DNA from: Halogeometricum borinquense DSM 11551 | GTDB lineage: Archaea; Halobacteriota; Halobacteria; Halobacteriales; Haloferacaceae | DNA: 32,000 nucleotides | NCBI RefSeq assembly: GCF_000172995.2 | Contig: NC_014729.1 | Span: 2,370,001 to 2,402,000, forward strand | Direction of reading: 5' to 3' | Part shown: positions 23,896 through 32,000 of the stretch, piece after piece | Layout: each line of letters begins with the position of its first letter | Position numbering within the stretch: position 1 is the first letter of the stretch | Translations under genes and position numbers: made by a program | The notes under the pieces: generated by a model | What the model saw: the letters and a program-made list of their open reading frames with translations, nothing else | What the model was told of the DNA's origin: nothing | Databases searched by the model: none

Positions 23896-25233
23896 CTAGA
23901 TCTTAAACGCGACAGTCTCCTCAGAACGAACGTCGGCGGGCATCACTTCACGGCCGTCAACGGTCACAGACTGACCGGCCGAGAGCTTCCCGAACGCGGG
24001 ACCTTCAGGAACACCTAGCTCCGCGGCCGCCGCGGCGTCGAACGACTCTCGGGTGGCGACGACCGCAGTCTGTTTGTGCCGTACATCGTCGTACTTCTTA
24101 CGGAGAACCGACGCGAGAGCGTCTACGAGTTCGTTGTATCGGTCTTCGTGCGTCAGTGCCGCGCGGCCTGCCGCTTTCGTCCCGCCTTCTCTCGTCTCGT
24201 ACGCGACGGCGTTCTCGTGAACCGCCGTCCGCGCCGCGTCACGGTCGATTCCCGCCGCCTCGGACAGGAGGTCGTCCGGCAGGGAAACGATTGTGTAGTC
24301 GTCGCTGTCGCCGGCATCGGCGTCAGCGTCGGCACCGAGTCGAAGCCCCGCTTCGACGGACGAGAGATCAGCTTCGAGCGTCTCCAGCCGTTCTAGTGAG
24401 ACACCGTCGCTCTCTGTGACCCACGTCTCCGAGACGACGCGGTATCCGAGCGATTCAACCACTTCGACTAGTTCCGGTCTGTCTCCCTCGATAACGGCGT
24501 ACTCGGCCGCCGAAGCCTCGAACGCGCGGCGAATCACGTCACGGTTCTCCGCGGGTGACCCCATCGCATCGAGGGGCCACTCCGCGCCGATGTGTCCGAC
24601 CGCCCAGTCCGTCTCGCGCACGATGCGCTCGAATCGCGGCGCGTAGTGGCCGCCACCGAATCCGACGAGGTGGCGCTCTCGGTCGGCGGTGACGCCCGAC
24701 AAGTCGAGAACGGACTGAGCGACAGCACGAGCACCAGCGGGGTCTTCCCACTCGTCCTCACCGCTCCCGAGTTCGACGAACATCGCGGGCGCGCCGGGGT
24801 CGGTGGGACCGTGGTGCGTACACTCGACGCCCACGTCGTACGCGTCCGGTGCGTGGCGGTCGAACGCCTCCACGACGGCTTTCTGTGCGTTCGGGCAACT
24901 CCGGGCGAACGCACCCGAGTCGCCGCCGTACTCGGCGGGGCCGAAATTCCCCGTGAAGTGAGCGGTTAGAAGAGGCCCGGTCTCACCGGAGTGTCGGGAG
25001 ACGAACGCGATGAACTCGGGTGACTCCGAGAACGCGTCTGCGACGCGTTCCAGTTCGAGATGCCACCCGTCGAACTCGCGGAGTTCGAACTCGCCGTGAC
25101 GGTAGTACGTTCCGCCACCCGCCTCGTCCGGACGGGAGTCGTCGGTCTGTTCGACCCAGTCTGCAAGCTCTAACAGTCGCTCTCCGATGTGGACCGATGC
25201 GTTGTCTGCGCGGCTGACGACGACGGCAATCAC
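23896..25233 (-). CDS. dtdA: Archaeal-type D-aminoacyl-tRNA deacylase (DtdA family)
   Basis: 445 aa. Starts MIAVVVSRADNAS and contains ECTHHGPT and GFGGGHYAPRF blocks, as I recall for the archaeal tRNA_deacylase family. Confidence 0.8.
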   Translation of the reverse strand: MIAVVVSRADNASVHIGERLLELADWVEQTDDSRPDEAGGGTYYRHGEFELREFDGWHLELERVADAFSESPEFIAFVSRHSGETGPLLTAHFTGNFGPAEYGGDSGAFARSCPNAQKAVVEAFDRHAPDAYDVGVECTHHGPTDPGAPAMFVELGSGEDEWEDPAGARAVAQSVLDLSGVTADRERHLVGFGGGHYAPRFERIVRETDWAVGHIGAEWPLDAMGSPAENRDVIRRAFEASAAEYAVIEGDRPELVEVVESLGYRVVSETWVTESDGVSLERLETLEADLSSVEAGLRLGADADADAGDSDDYTIVSLPDDLLSEAAGIDRDAARTAVHENAVAYETREGGTKAAGRAALTHEDRYNELVDALASVLRKKYDDVRHKQTAVVATRESFDAAAAAELGVPEGPAFGKLSAGQSVTVDGREVMPADVRSEETVAFKI

Positions 25234-25277
25234 GAGAAAAAGTGGCCGTTCGACGGGCTAAAACGCGTCGAAGGCGG

Positions 25278-26597
25278 TTAGTCCGCGCCGCCGGGTTCGG
25301 GCGTCGGTTCGCCACGGACGTTTCTGACCGTCAGACTGGCGAGACGCTTCAGATCCTCGCGACGCTTGACGAGGAGGACAACGCCGATGAGGAGGTAGAT
25401 TGCAGTGTACGCCAGCAGAAGGTTGATCGAATGGCTCTCGGCCACCGCTTCGGGGAACGTCCGGATGATGGCGAACTCAACGACGACCTGCGAGACGAAC
25501 AGAACCAACAGTGTCACCGCCTCGCGCACGTCGATCTGGAAGTTCACGAGAACGGTCAGCGCGAAGAAGCTCTGTGCCGCGGTGAGCCAAATTTCGGCCT
25601 CTTGCTTGAGGTCGAACGGAAGCTTCCCGTACTGTCCGAGTGAGATGCTGTACACGACGACTAGCGTCCCGATGAGGAGCGTCCACTGATTCAGTTTCGA
25701 GGAAATGAGGGCGTTGAACGCGGCCGTCGAACGCGCCTTGTTCACGAGGTAGGCCGTCACGATGAGTTCGGGACTTTCCGAGGCCAGCGGGGCAATCCAC
25801 TGGATCATGAAGAACTCGGGGATACCGAACTGCAGGCCGAGTTCCTCCAATCCGTGCGCGAACGGCTCGACCGCAGTGAAGATGAGGAACGCAGAGTACG
25901 CGAACAAGCCGAGGACAGAGGCGAAACGGGCAACTTTCGGTTTCGCTTGGAAGTACGCCGGGACACCCACCTGTTCATCGTGTTCGTCCACGTCGCCGCG
26001 GATGATGATCGCGATGTACGTGACGTACAGTCCGACGAGGACGACGGTGTCAACCCAGTCGATACCGGCACCGATGGGGACGAAGAAGGCGTAGACTGTC
26101 GCAATGAATAAGAAGAGAATCTCCGTCGAGATGCTGGGGTCGAGTGTGACGGCATCACGAAGGTAGCCGTCGCGGTTCACGACGCTCGTATCGTCACGCC
26201 CGCGTATTGCTTTGAAGATAGAGAACAGAGCGATACCGGACCAACCCAGACCGATGAGGATACGGTTTGCACCGGTCATGTTGGCGACTGCAAGGTTCGC
26301 CTTCGAGGGGTCAGTTGCCGCCTGCCACGCGTAGAGGGCGTCTACGGCGTATTCTGGAGCGACTGCGAGAACCGCGAGAACCGCCAGCGCGAACGCGCGG
26401 GGAACATCTTTTTCAGCTGTTTCTGCACCCCACGCGAGGAGGAACGATGCGCCGAGAACCGCCAGACCGCTGACGACGACTGTTCCGAGATGGCCCAGTC
26501 CCGACGCGGCACCTGTCACCCACGCGGCGACCCACGGGAGCGTCACCACCACCGCGATAGCGACGGCAGTGAGAGGATGGCTAAAACGTGAACTCAT
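25278..26597 (-). CDS. Ca2+/cation antiporter (CaCA) superfamily membrane protein, paralogue 1
   Basis: Internal ATG 26597 of track ORF 25278..26657. It is multi-TM, with alpha-repeat-like motifs GAETAEKD and PLASESPELIVTAYL. Confidence 0.8.
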   Translation of the reverse strand: MSSRFSHPLTAVAIAVVVTLPWVAAWVTGAASGLGHLGTVVVSGLAVLGASFLLAWGAETAEKDVPRAFALAVLAVLAVAPEYAVDALYAWQAATDPSKANLAVANMTGANRILIGLGWSGIALFSIFKAIRGRDDTSVVNRDGYLRDAVTLDPSISTEILFLFIATVYAFFVPIGAGIDWVDTVVLVGLYVTYIAIIIRGDVDEHDEQVGVPAYFQAKPKVARFASVLGLFAYSAFLIFTAVEPFAHGLEELGLQFGIPEFFMIQWIAPLASESPELIVTAYLVNKARSTAAFNALISSKLNQWTLLIGTLVVVYSISLGQYGKLPFDLKQEAEIWLTAAQSFFALTVLVNFQIDVREAVTLLVLFVSQVVVEFAIIRTFPEAVAESHSINLLLAYTAIYLLIGVVLLVKRREDLKRLASLTVRNVRGEPTPEPGGAD

Positions 26598-26666
26598 CGT
26601 AGATGATACGTCGCTGATGACGCGTATCTCTTGTGCTTTTGTCGGCCGAGATTGCACGGCCGGGAG

Positions 26667-26746
26667 TAGGACGACTCAGGAATGGAACGGTCCAGGAATA
26701 GGACGAATCAAGAGTGGGACGACTCAGAAGTGAGACGAATCGGGAC
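26667..26746. repeat. Five tandem copies of a 16-bp unit (TRGRACGRnYCRRGRR; core GGACGAnTC)
   Basis: The copies are taggacgactcaggaa / tggaacggtccaggaa / taggacgaatcaagag / tgggacgactcagaag / tgagacgaatcgggac. The array lies between the CaCA-2 stop (26753) and the CaCA-1 start (26597). Confidence 0.85.
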
Positions 26747-26752
26747 GACGGC

Positions 26753-27712
26753 TCACAGGAGCAGCGAGAAGAAACCGAGGTATCCGACGACGAGAACAGC
26801 GCCGTCGGCGCGCGAAACGGTCCGGCCGTACGCCATCAGGGCGACGACGACGACGGTAAACACGACGAGTGCAGGGAAATCGAGCGCGAGCGTTTCGGCG
26901 GGGACGCCGACGGGGACGAGAACTGCGAGAACGCCGATGACGGCGAGGATGTTGTAGATATTCGAGCCGACGACGTTACCGATACTGAACTGCGCTTCGC
27001 CCTTGGCGGCGCTGACGATGCTGGCAGCGAGTTCCGGAAGCGACGTCCCGAATGCGAGAACGGTGAGGCCGATGAACCGTTCACCGAACCCGTACGCCTT
27101 GAGGACGCCTTGGCCGCCCTGAATGAGCCACCGCGACCCGAGGAGAAGGAGGCCGAGACCAGCGAGGAGGATGACAGCGTCTCGTACGCCCACGGAACTG
27201 TCGTCGTCTACGTCCACGTCTTCGACGGGTATCGCATCGGGTCTGCTCGCCCGGACGCGGTAGAGCAGATAGCTGGTGAAGACGGCGAGTACCGCAAGGA
27301 GGACGACGCCGTCGAACGTCCCGATCCGACCGTCCATCCCGAGGAGAACGAGGAGTCCGGCCGCCGCGAACATGAAGGGGACGTGCCGAATAAGGACGGA
27401 TTCGTCTACGTTGAGCGGCCTAACGAGCGCAGAGAGGCCGAGGACGAGGCCGATATTGGCGATGTTGGAGCCGACGATAGCGCCCAACCCGAGGTTCGTC
27501 GAGTAAGAGAACCCGCTGAGGAGAACGACTGCGAGTTCGGGGGCTGTCGTGGCAAAGGCGACAACGGTGACGCCGACGACGGCCGCGCGGATTCCGAAGC
27601 CGATGGCGAGTCGGGAGGCGGCGCGCACCAGAAACTCCGCCCCGGCATACAGCGCGACGACGCCGACGAGGAGCAGCGCCATGTCGGTCGAGAGGAGGAC
27701 AGTCGAAGCCAT
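26753..27712 (-). CDS. Na+/Ca2+ (K+-dependent type, YrbG-like) antiporter, CaCA paralogue 2
   Basis: Internal ATG 27712 of track ORF 26753..27898 (MASTVLLSTDMALLLVG...). The alpha-1 repeat is FATTAPELAV...GSNIANIGLVLG. The alpha-2 repeat is FGTSLPELAASIV...GSNIYNILAVIG. Confidence 0.85.
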   Translation of the reverse strand: MASTVLLSTDMALLLVGVVALYAGAEFLVRAASRLAIGFGIRAAVVGVTVVAFATTAPELAVVLLSGFSYSTNLGLGAIVGSNIANIGLVLGLSALVRPLNVDESVLIRHVPFMFAAAGLLVLLGMDGRIGTFDGVVLLAVLAVFTSYLLYRVRASRPDAIPVEDVDVDDDSSVGVRDAVILLAGLGLLLLGSRWLIQGGQGVLKAYGFGERFIGLTVLAFGTSLPELAASIVSAAKGEAQFSIGNVVGSNIYNILAVIGVLAVLVPVGVPAETLALDFPALVVFTVVVVALMAYGRTVSRADGAVLVVGYLGFFSLLL

Positions 27713-27817
27713 TGTTCGGAATCGCACGGAGACGGGAGAAAAAGGTCGCCGGTCTGGATTGGCTTTGTCAGCACGGTACACGATTTTTGCACGGGAGCGC
27801 GCTGGATCAAAACAAAA

Positions 27818-27885
27818 CCGTCCGGGAATCGTCCGAAACTGATCCGTCCGGGAGTCGCCCAAAATCGATCCGTCCGAAAGTTGTC
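27818..27885. repeat. About 2.6 tandem copies of a 26-bp unit (CCGTCCGGGARTCGYCCRAAAYYGAT)
   Basis: Units are at 27818-27843 and 27844-27869, with a partial copy from 27870. The array lies in the divergent spacer between CaCA-2 (start 27712, minus) and aroE (start 27972, plus). The reverse complement contains GGACGATTC and GGGCGACTC. Confidence 0.85.
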
Positions 27886-27971
27886 GGCACGAACCCACCC
27901 TGAGACCGGTGGCCGCCGCAAGTCCGGCCGCCTCGGAGTACTTTAACCCTCGTCAGGTCACAGTCCGACGC

Positions 27972-28778
27972 ATGAGCATGCAGGTGTTCGGACTCATCGG
28001 AAATCCCGTCGGCCATTCGTTGTCGCCGCCGATGCACGAGGCGGCGTACGACCACTGCGGGATAGACGCACGCTACGTCACCTTCGAACCGGCACCCGAA
28101 GACATCGGGACCGCCGTCGAGGGTGCTGATGCACTCGGAATAACAGGACTGAACGTGACGATTCCGTTCAAGCAGGACGTCCTCGAACACGTCGAACCCG
28201 ACGAACTCGCCGCGCGCATCGGTGCGGTGAATACGATAGCCTTCACGGACGAGACGCCGCGCGGGTACAACACCGACGCGGCCGGTGTTCGGCGGTCGTT
28301 CACCCACCACGACGTAGCACTGGCTGACCGAGATGCTGTCGTAGTCGGCGCAGGCGGGGCAGGGCGAGCGGCGGCGTTCGCCCTCGCGGACGCGGAAGCA
28401 TCCGTCCACGTGGCGAACCGGACGGCAGAGCGCGCCACCGAACTTGCAGACGACGTTCCGGGTGCCACTGGTGGCGGACTCGGCACCCTCGACCAAGTCC
28501 GCGATGCCGACGTTCTCGTGAACGCGACCAGCGTCGGCATGGAGTCCGACGACACGCCGGTCCCTCGGAAATACCTCCACGACGACCTCGCCGTTCTCGA
28601 TGCGGTGTATTCACCGATCGAGACGCGTCTGCTTCGTGACGCTGCGGCCGCCGGCGCGACGACGATAGACGGCGCGTGGATGCTTCTGTTTCAGGGCGTC
28701 GAAGCGTTCGAACGATGGACCGGTCGGGACGCACCGGTCGAGGCGATGAACGACGCGCTTCGGTCACATCTCGAATGA
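27972..28778 (+). CDS. aroE: Shikimate 5-dehydrogenase
   Basis: Contains [51 protein letters not shown] and NRT. ATG 27972 (MSMQVFG) or ATG 27978 could be the start. Confidence 0.9.
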   Translation: MSMQVFGLIGNPVGHSLSPPMHEAAYDHCGIDARYVTFEPAPEDIGTAVEGADALGITGLNVTIPFKQDVLEHVEPDELAARIGAVNTIAFTDETPRGYNTDAAGVRRSFTHHDVALADRDAVVVGAGGAGRAAAFALADAEASVHVANRTAERATELADDVPGATGGGLGTLDQVRDADVLVNATSVGMESDDTPVPRKYLHDDLAVLDAVYSPIETRLLRDAAAAGATTIDGAWMLLFQGVEAFERWTGRDAPVEAMNDALRSHLE

Positions 28779-28795
28779 ATAGACGGCGGGGTAAC

Positions 28796-28809
28796 GATTT
28801 TTAAATAAG
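28796..28809 (+). promoter_or_regulatory. TATA-box candidate (GATTTTTAAATAAG) for the HhH-domain gene
   Basis: It is centred about 28 nt upstream of ATG 28831. This spacing fits a leaderless transcript. Confidence 0.45.
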
Positions 28810-28830
28810 CGGCGTTCATACGGGCATACA

Positions 28831-29565
28831 ATGGGCATATTCGACTCGATTAAGTCGTCACTGCGGTCGCTTCTCGGCCGCGATGAGGAGTCTTCTCCTC
28901 CGTCATCGCGGCGGGAGACCCGTGTCTCTGTGGAACGAGATGTGCGGGACGAAGTCGATGCGGAATCTGAGTCTGCCGTAAAACAGCCGGTCGCCGAGGA
29001 AACGGACACTGCGGCAGCAACGGAGTCGCAGGTGGGGGACTCGGAGGACGGCGAAGTCGGCGAGGCGACCGAAGACGCGGATGAAGAGCAAGACGCAGAG
29101 GCAGTCATCGAGGAGGCCGAACCAGAAGAGGCCGATTCTGAGGAGACGAAGCCAGAAGAGGCCGAGTCCGAGGAGACGGAACCCGAAGCGGTCGAATCCA
29201 AGGATACCGAGGGTGTGGAAGCGGTCGAAGAACCCGAGACGACCACCGGGAGCGAGGAACCCGTCTCCGCCGAGGAAACAGCGGTGGAAACCGAAGCCGA
29301 CACCGGTGAAACGGGTGCTGCTGAAGCAGACGACACCGAAACTGACACCGCAGCATCCGACGAGACGGAGTCAGCCGCCACAGGTGAGCCCGTCGAAAAC
29401 GTGAAAGGAATCGGTCCGGCCTACGCCGAACGACTTTCCGATGTCGGTATCGAAACGGTAGACGACTTGTCGAGCGCCGATGCCGAAACAGTCGGCGAGC
29501 AGATCGATGTCTCCGAAAAGCGCGTCCAGCGGTGGATCGACCGCGCGAACGAATACGACGCGTAA
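28831..29565 (+). CDS. Highly acidic protein with C-terminal helix-hairpin-helix domain
   Basis: 244 aa. It has a long E/D/T-rich low-complexity centre. The C-terminal VKGIGPAYAERLSDVGIETVDDL... matches the HhH (hxGIG) pattern. Confidence 0.75.
   Translation: MGIFDSIKSSLRSLLGRDEESSPPSSRRETRVSVERDVRDEVDAESESAVKQPVAEETDTAAATESQVGDSEDGEVGEATEDADEEQDAEAVIEEAEPEEADSEETKPEEAESEETEPEAVESKDTEGVEAVEEPETTTGSEEPVSAEETAVETEADTGETGAAEADDTETDTAASDETESAATGEPVENVKGIGPAYAERLSDVGIETVDDLSSADAETVGEQIDVSEKRVQRWIDRANEYDA
29122..29211 (+). repeat. Three in-frame 30-bp tandem repeats (PEEA(D/E)SEET(K/E)) inside the acidic HhH gene
   Basis: Units at 29122-29151 and 29152-29181 differ at 4 positions. The third unit, 29182-29211, is more diverged. 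Confidence 0.85.
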
Positions 29566-29653
29566 CACCACATAGTTGTCATCTCTGCTGTAACACCGGT
29601 TCTGCCTGCCGGTATCACGAAACCGTTTACTCGGTACTCACGTACCTCTCGAC

Positions 29654-31285
29654 ATGACTAATTCGTTAACGCCGACCGTCGAAACGCGACGGGAGGCGTT
29701 TCTCGCCACCGCCGCGGACGCTTCCGCGGGGGCGCGAGTCCCCGTCGAACTCCGCGTGAGGGTGTCTGACCCGTTCGACGCGTACCGGCGCGCGCGAGAC
29801 GAGGGTGGCGACGGCTTCTTCTTGGAGACGACCGGCGGCCAGTCCGGATGGAGCTATTTCGGGATGGATCCGGTGGAACGACTCTGCGTCGGGTCCGACG
29901 CGGAGACGCTGGCCGCTGCCGATACCGGGCGCGGTCCAAATGCGAACACATCATCGTCGCTTTCGACGTTAGACGCCGCGCTCGAATCCGAGTCACTGGT
30001 TCGCGGAGAGACGGGCGTCGAAGTGCCGTACCCGTGCGGTCTGTTCGGGTGGTTCTCGTACGACGTAGCGCGCGAACTCGAATCGCTCCCCGAACTGGCC
30101 GACGACGACCGAAATCTCCCACACTTGCGACTGGGCCTGTTCGACCGCGTGGCGGCGTGGGAGGAACCGCGAGGCGACGAACCGGCGACGCTCCACGTAA
30201 CCGCCTGTCCGCGTGTTCCAGCGGGCGCGGACAGCACTGACGACGACCGACTCGACGCTCTCTACGAACGGGCCATCGAGCGAGCGACAGACCTCGCGGA
30301 ACGAGCTGTCTCGGGCGACCCGAGCGACGAAGCGGCACCCGTCGCGGGCGACGAAGCGCACTTCGAGAGTGACTGCGGTCGGGCAGCGTTCCGTGACCGC
30401 GTGAGCGCCGTCAAACGCTACATCCGCGACGGCGACACGTTTCAAGCGAACGTCTCACAGCGACTCGTCGCGCCCGCAGTCGTTCACCCTGTCGCGGCGT
30501 ACCGCGCCCTCCGACAGGTGAACCCCGCACCGTACTCCGGTCTCGTGGAGTTCCCCGAGGCCGACTTGGTAAGTGCGAGTCCGGAACTGCTCGTCCACGT
30601 CGAAGGAGACAGACTCGTCACCGAACCCATCGCTGGAACGCGCCCCCGCGGTGCAACCGAGGCGGAGGACGACGCTCTCGAACGCGACCTGACGAGCGAC
30701 GAGAAAGAGCGTGCAGAACACGCGATGTTGGTCGATCTGGAGCGAAACGACCTCGGAAAAGTCTCCGAGTACGGCTCCGTCGAAGTGTCTGAGTACCGCC
30801 GCGTGGACCGCTACTCCGAAGTGATGCACCTCGTCAGCGTCGTTGAAGGACAGCGGCGACCGGACGTGTCTGTCGCTGACGCTGTGGCCGCTGTCTTCCC
30901 CGGCGGGACCATCACCGGCGCGCCGAAACCGCGGACGATGGAGATCATCGAGGAGGTCGAATCGACCCGCCGCGGCCCCTACACCGGAAGCATCGCGGCG
31001 TTCGGGTTCGACGACCGCGCGACGCTGAACATCGTCATCCGAACGCTCGTTCACCACGACGACGAGTATCACCTCCGGGTCGGCGCGGGTATCGTCCACG
31101 ATTCCGATCCCGACGCGGAGTACGACGAGACGATGGCCAAAGGCCGCGCTCTCGTGAACGCTATCGACGAAGCGCTCGCTGCAGAGGGTCACGGAATGCG
31201 AGTCGTCGAACGCGACGACGCGGACAACGAGAACGGGAGAGATACTGACGGACGAACGGACGCACGGACGGAGGACCACAAATGA
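29654..31285 (+). CDS. pabB: Chorismate-utilising enzyme, aminodeoxychorismate synthase component I (anthranilate synthase I family)
   Basis: Contains [53 protein letters not shown] and [17 protein letters not shown] favour PabB over TrpE because of the downstream class IV aminotransferase (PabC-like) and the absence of other trp genes. Confidence 0.8.
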   Translation: MTNSLTPTVETRREAFLATAADASAGARVPVELRVRVSDPFDAYRRARDEGGDGFFLETTGGQSGWSYFGMDPVERLCVGSDAETLAAADTGRGPNANTSSSLSTLDAALESESLVRGETGVEVPYPCGLFGWFSYDVARELESLPELADDDRNLPHLRLGLFDRVAAWEEPRGDEPATLHVTACPRVPAGADSTDDDRLDALYERAIERATDLAERAVSGDPSDEAAPVAGDEAHFESDCGRAAFRDRVSAVKRYIRDGDTFQANVSQRLVAPAVVHPVAAYRALRQVNPAPYSGLVEFPEADLVSASPELLVHVEGDRLVTEPIAGTRPRGATEAEDDALERDLTSDEKERAEHAMLVDLERNDLGKVSEYGSVEVSEYRRVDRYSEVMHLVSVVEGQRRPDVSVADAVAAVFPGGTITGAPKPRTMEIIEEVESTRRGPYTGSIAAFGFDDRATLNIVIRTLVHHDDEYHLRVGAGIVHDSDPDAEYDETMAKGRALVNAIDEALAAEGHGMRVVERDDADNENGRDTDGRTDARTEDHK

Positions 31286-31869
31286 CCTCGATTCTGGTCG
31301 TGGACAACTACGACTCGTTCGCGTACAACCTCGTGCAGTACGTCGGAGCGTTTGCAGACGAAGTGGTTGTCCGCCGCAACGATGCCGTGGACACGGCGGA
31401 TATCCGCTCGTTGGACCCCGACGGTATCGTTGTCTCGCCCGGCCCGGGAACTCCCGCCGAGGCAGGTGTCTCTGTGCCGGTGTTCCGCGACCTCTCGTAC
31501 CCGACACTCGGCGTCTGTCTCGGTCACCAAGCCCTCTGTGCGGCTCTCGGATCCCCGGTGAAGCGCGCCCCCGAGGTGGTTCACGGCAAACCCTCCCTCG
31601 TCAGCCACGACGGCGAAGGCATCTTCGAGGGATTACCGGACCGCTTCGAGGTCGGCCGGTACCACTCGCTGGCGGTCGAGCGCGAGGACATCCCGGGCGA
31701 ACTGGTCGAAACAGCGTGGACTGACGACGACCGGCGCGTGGTGATGGGCGTCCGTCGCCGGAACAGACCCCACGTCGGCGTTCAGTTCCATCCCGAGAGC
31801 ATCCTCACCGAGAACGGCAAGCAACTCGTGGCGAACTTCGTCGCGGCCTGCGGAGGTGACGATGACTGA
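31282..31869 (+). CDS. pabA: Glutamine amidotransferase component II (PabA/TrpG type)
   Basis: Contains [30 protein letters not shown] (nucleophile Cys) and GVQFHPES. The ATG overlaps the pabB stop (ATGA). Confidence 0.9.
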   Translation: MTSILVVDNYDSFAYNLVQYVGAFADEVVVRRNDAVDTADIRSLDPDGIVVSPGPGTPAEAGVSVPVFRDLSYPTLGVCLGHQALCAALGSPVKRAPEVVHGKPSLVSHDGEGIFEGLPDRFEVGRYHSLAVEREDIPGELVETAWTDDDRRVVMGVRRRNRPHVGVQFHPESILTENGKQLVANFVAACGGDDD

Positions 31870-32000
31870 GAACGACACCGGCGGCGACTCCGCGGACGAA
31901 CTCCGATTCCACGTGAACGGCGAACTCGTCCGCGCCTCCGAAGCGACAGTGAACGTCCGTGATAGGGGATTCATGTACGGCGACGCCCTGTTCGAGACGC
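31862..32000 (+). CDS. pabC: Class IV aminotransferase, probable aminodeoxychorismate lyase (5' partial; runs off the window)
   Basis: My own translation is [58 protein letters not shown] is the class IV N-terminal signature. It overlaps the pabA stop by 8 nt. Confidence 0.7.
   Translation, partial: MTENDTGGDSADELRFHVNGELVRASEATVNVRDRGFMYGDALFET

Noticed and set aside
26714-27946. 410-aa ORF on the + strand antisense to CaCA paralogue 2
   Set aside because: It is a shadow ORF. Its extremely charged D/E/R composition mirrors the hydrophobic codons of the real membrane protein on the other strand.
28764-29381. 205-aa Ser/Ala/Val-rich ORF on the minus strand
   Set aside because: It is the reverse-complement reading of the GAx-rich acidic linker of the HhH gene. 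Its repetitiveness is inherited from that gene.
1-32000. Search for mobile elements, prophage or integrative elements, toxin-antitoxin pairs or defence islands
   Set aside because: I saw no transposase, integrase, terminal inverted repeats or tRNA targets. There are no nuclease-ATPase or methyltransferase clusters and no marked compositional island. The only AT-richer stretches are three short spacers.

Overview
This is a gene-dense, high-GC window. Its predicted proteins are strongly acidic and include typical haloarchaeal families: TFB, Bat-type HTH_10 regulator, NreA, archaeal DtdA, the ftsZ-secE-spt5 cluster, and an AN1-rhomboid next to endonuclease V. I read it as core chromosome of a haloarchaeon (class Halobacteria). 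The gene order recalls Haloferax-like genomes, but that is from memory and not checked. I support about 40 CDS, one frameshifted aminotransferase pseudogene, several short tandem-repeat arrays and a few TATA or terminator candidates. I found no rRNA, tRNA, CRISPR array, transposase, integrase or recognisable defence or toxin genes. Most long ORFs in the track that lie antisense to these genes are high-GC shadow ORFs. Many track ORFs also carry spurious N-terminal extensions, and I moved those starts to internal ATG/GTG codons. I do not see convincing evidence of a new multi-gene system. Six items deserve a second look: (1) a translationally coupled trio of coiled-coil protein, PolX-PHP and Mut7-C nuclease; (2) a perfect 19-bp (57/76-bp higher-order) tandem array between tfb and nreA; (3) a TFB paralogue with no zinc-ribbon cysteines; (4) tandem-repeat arrays with a shared GGACGAnTC core upstream of two adjacent Ca2+/cation antiporter paralogues; (5) a 1-nt homopolymer frameshift in an aminotransferase; (6) unannotated small ORFs in three unusually long, AT-richer spacers. 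All functional calls rest on motifs I recognise by eye. No database search was run.
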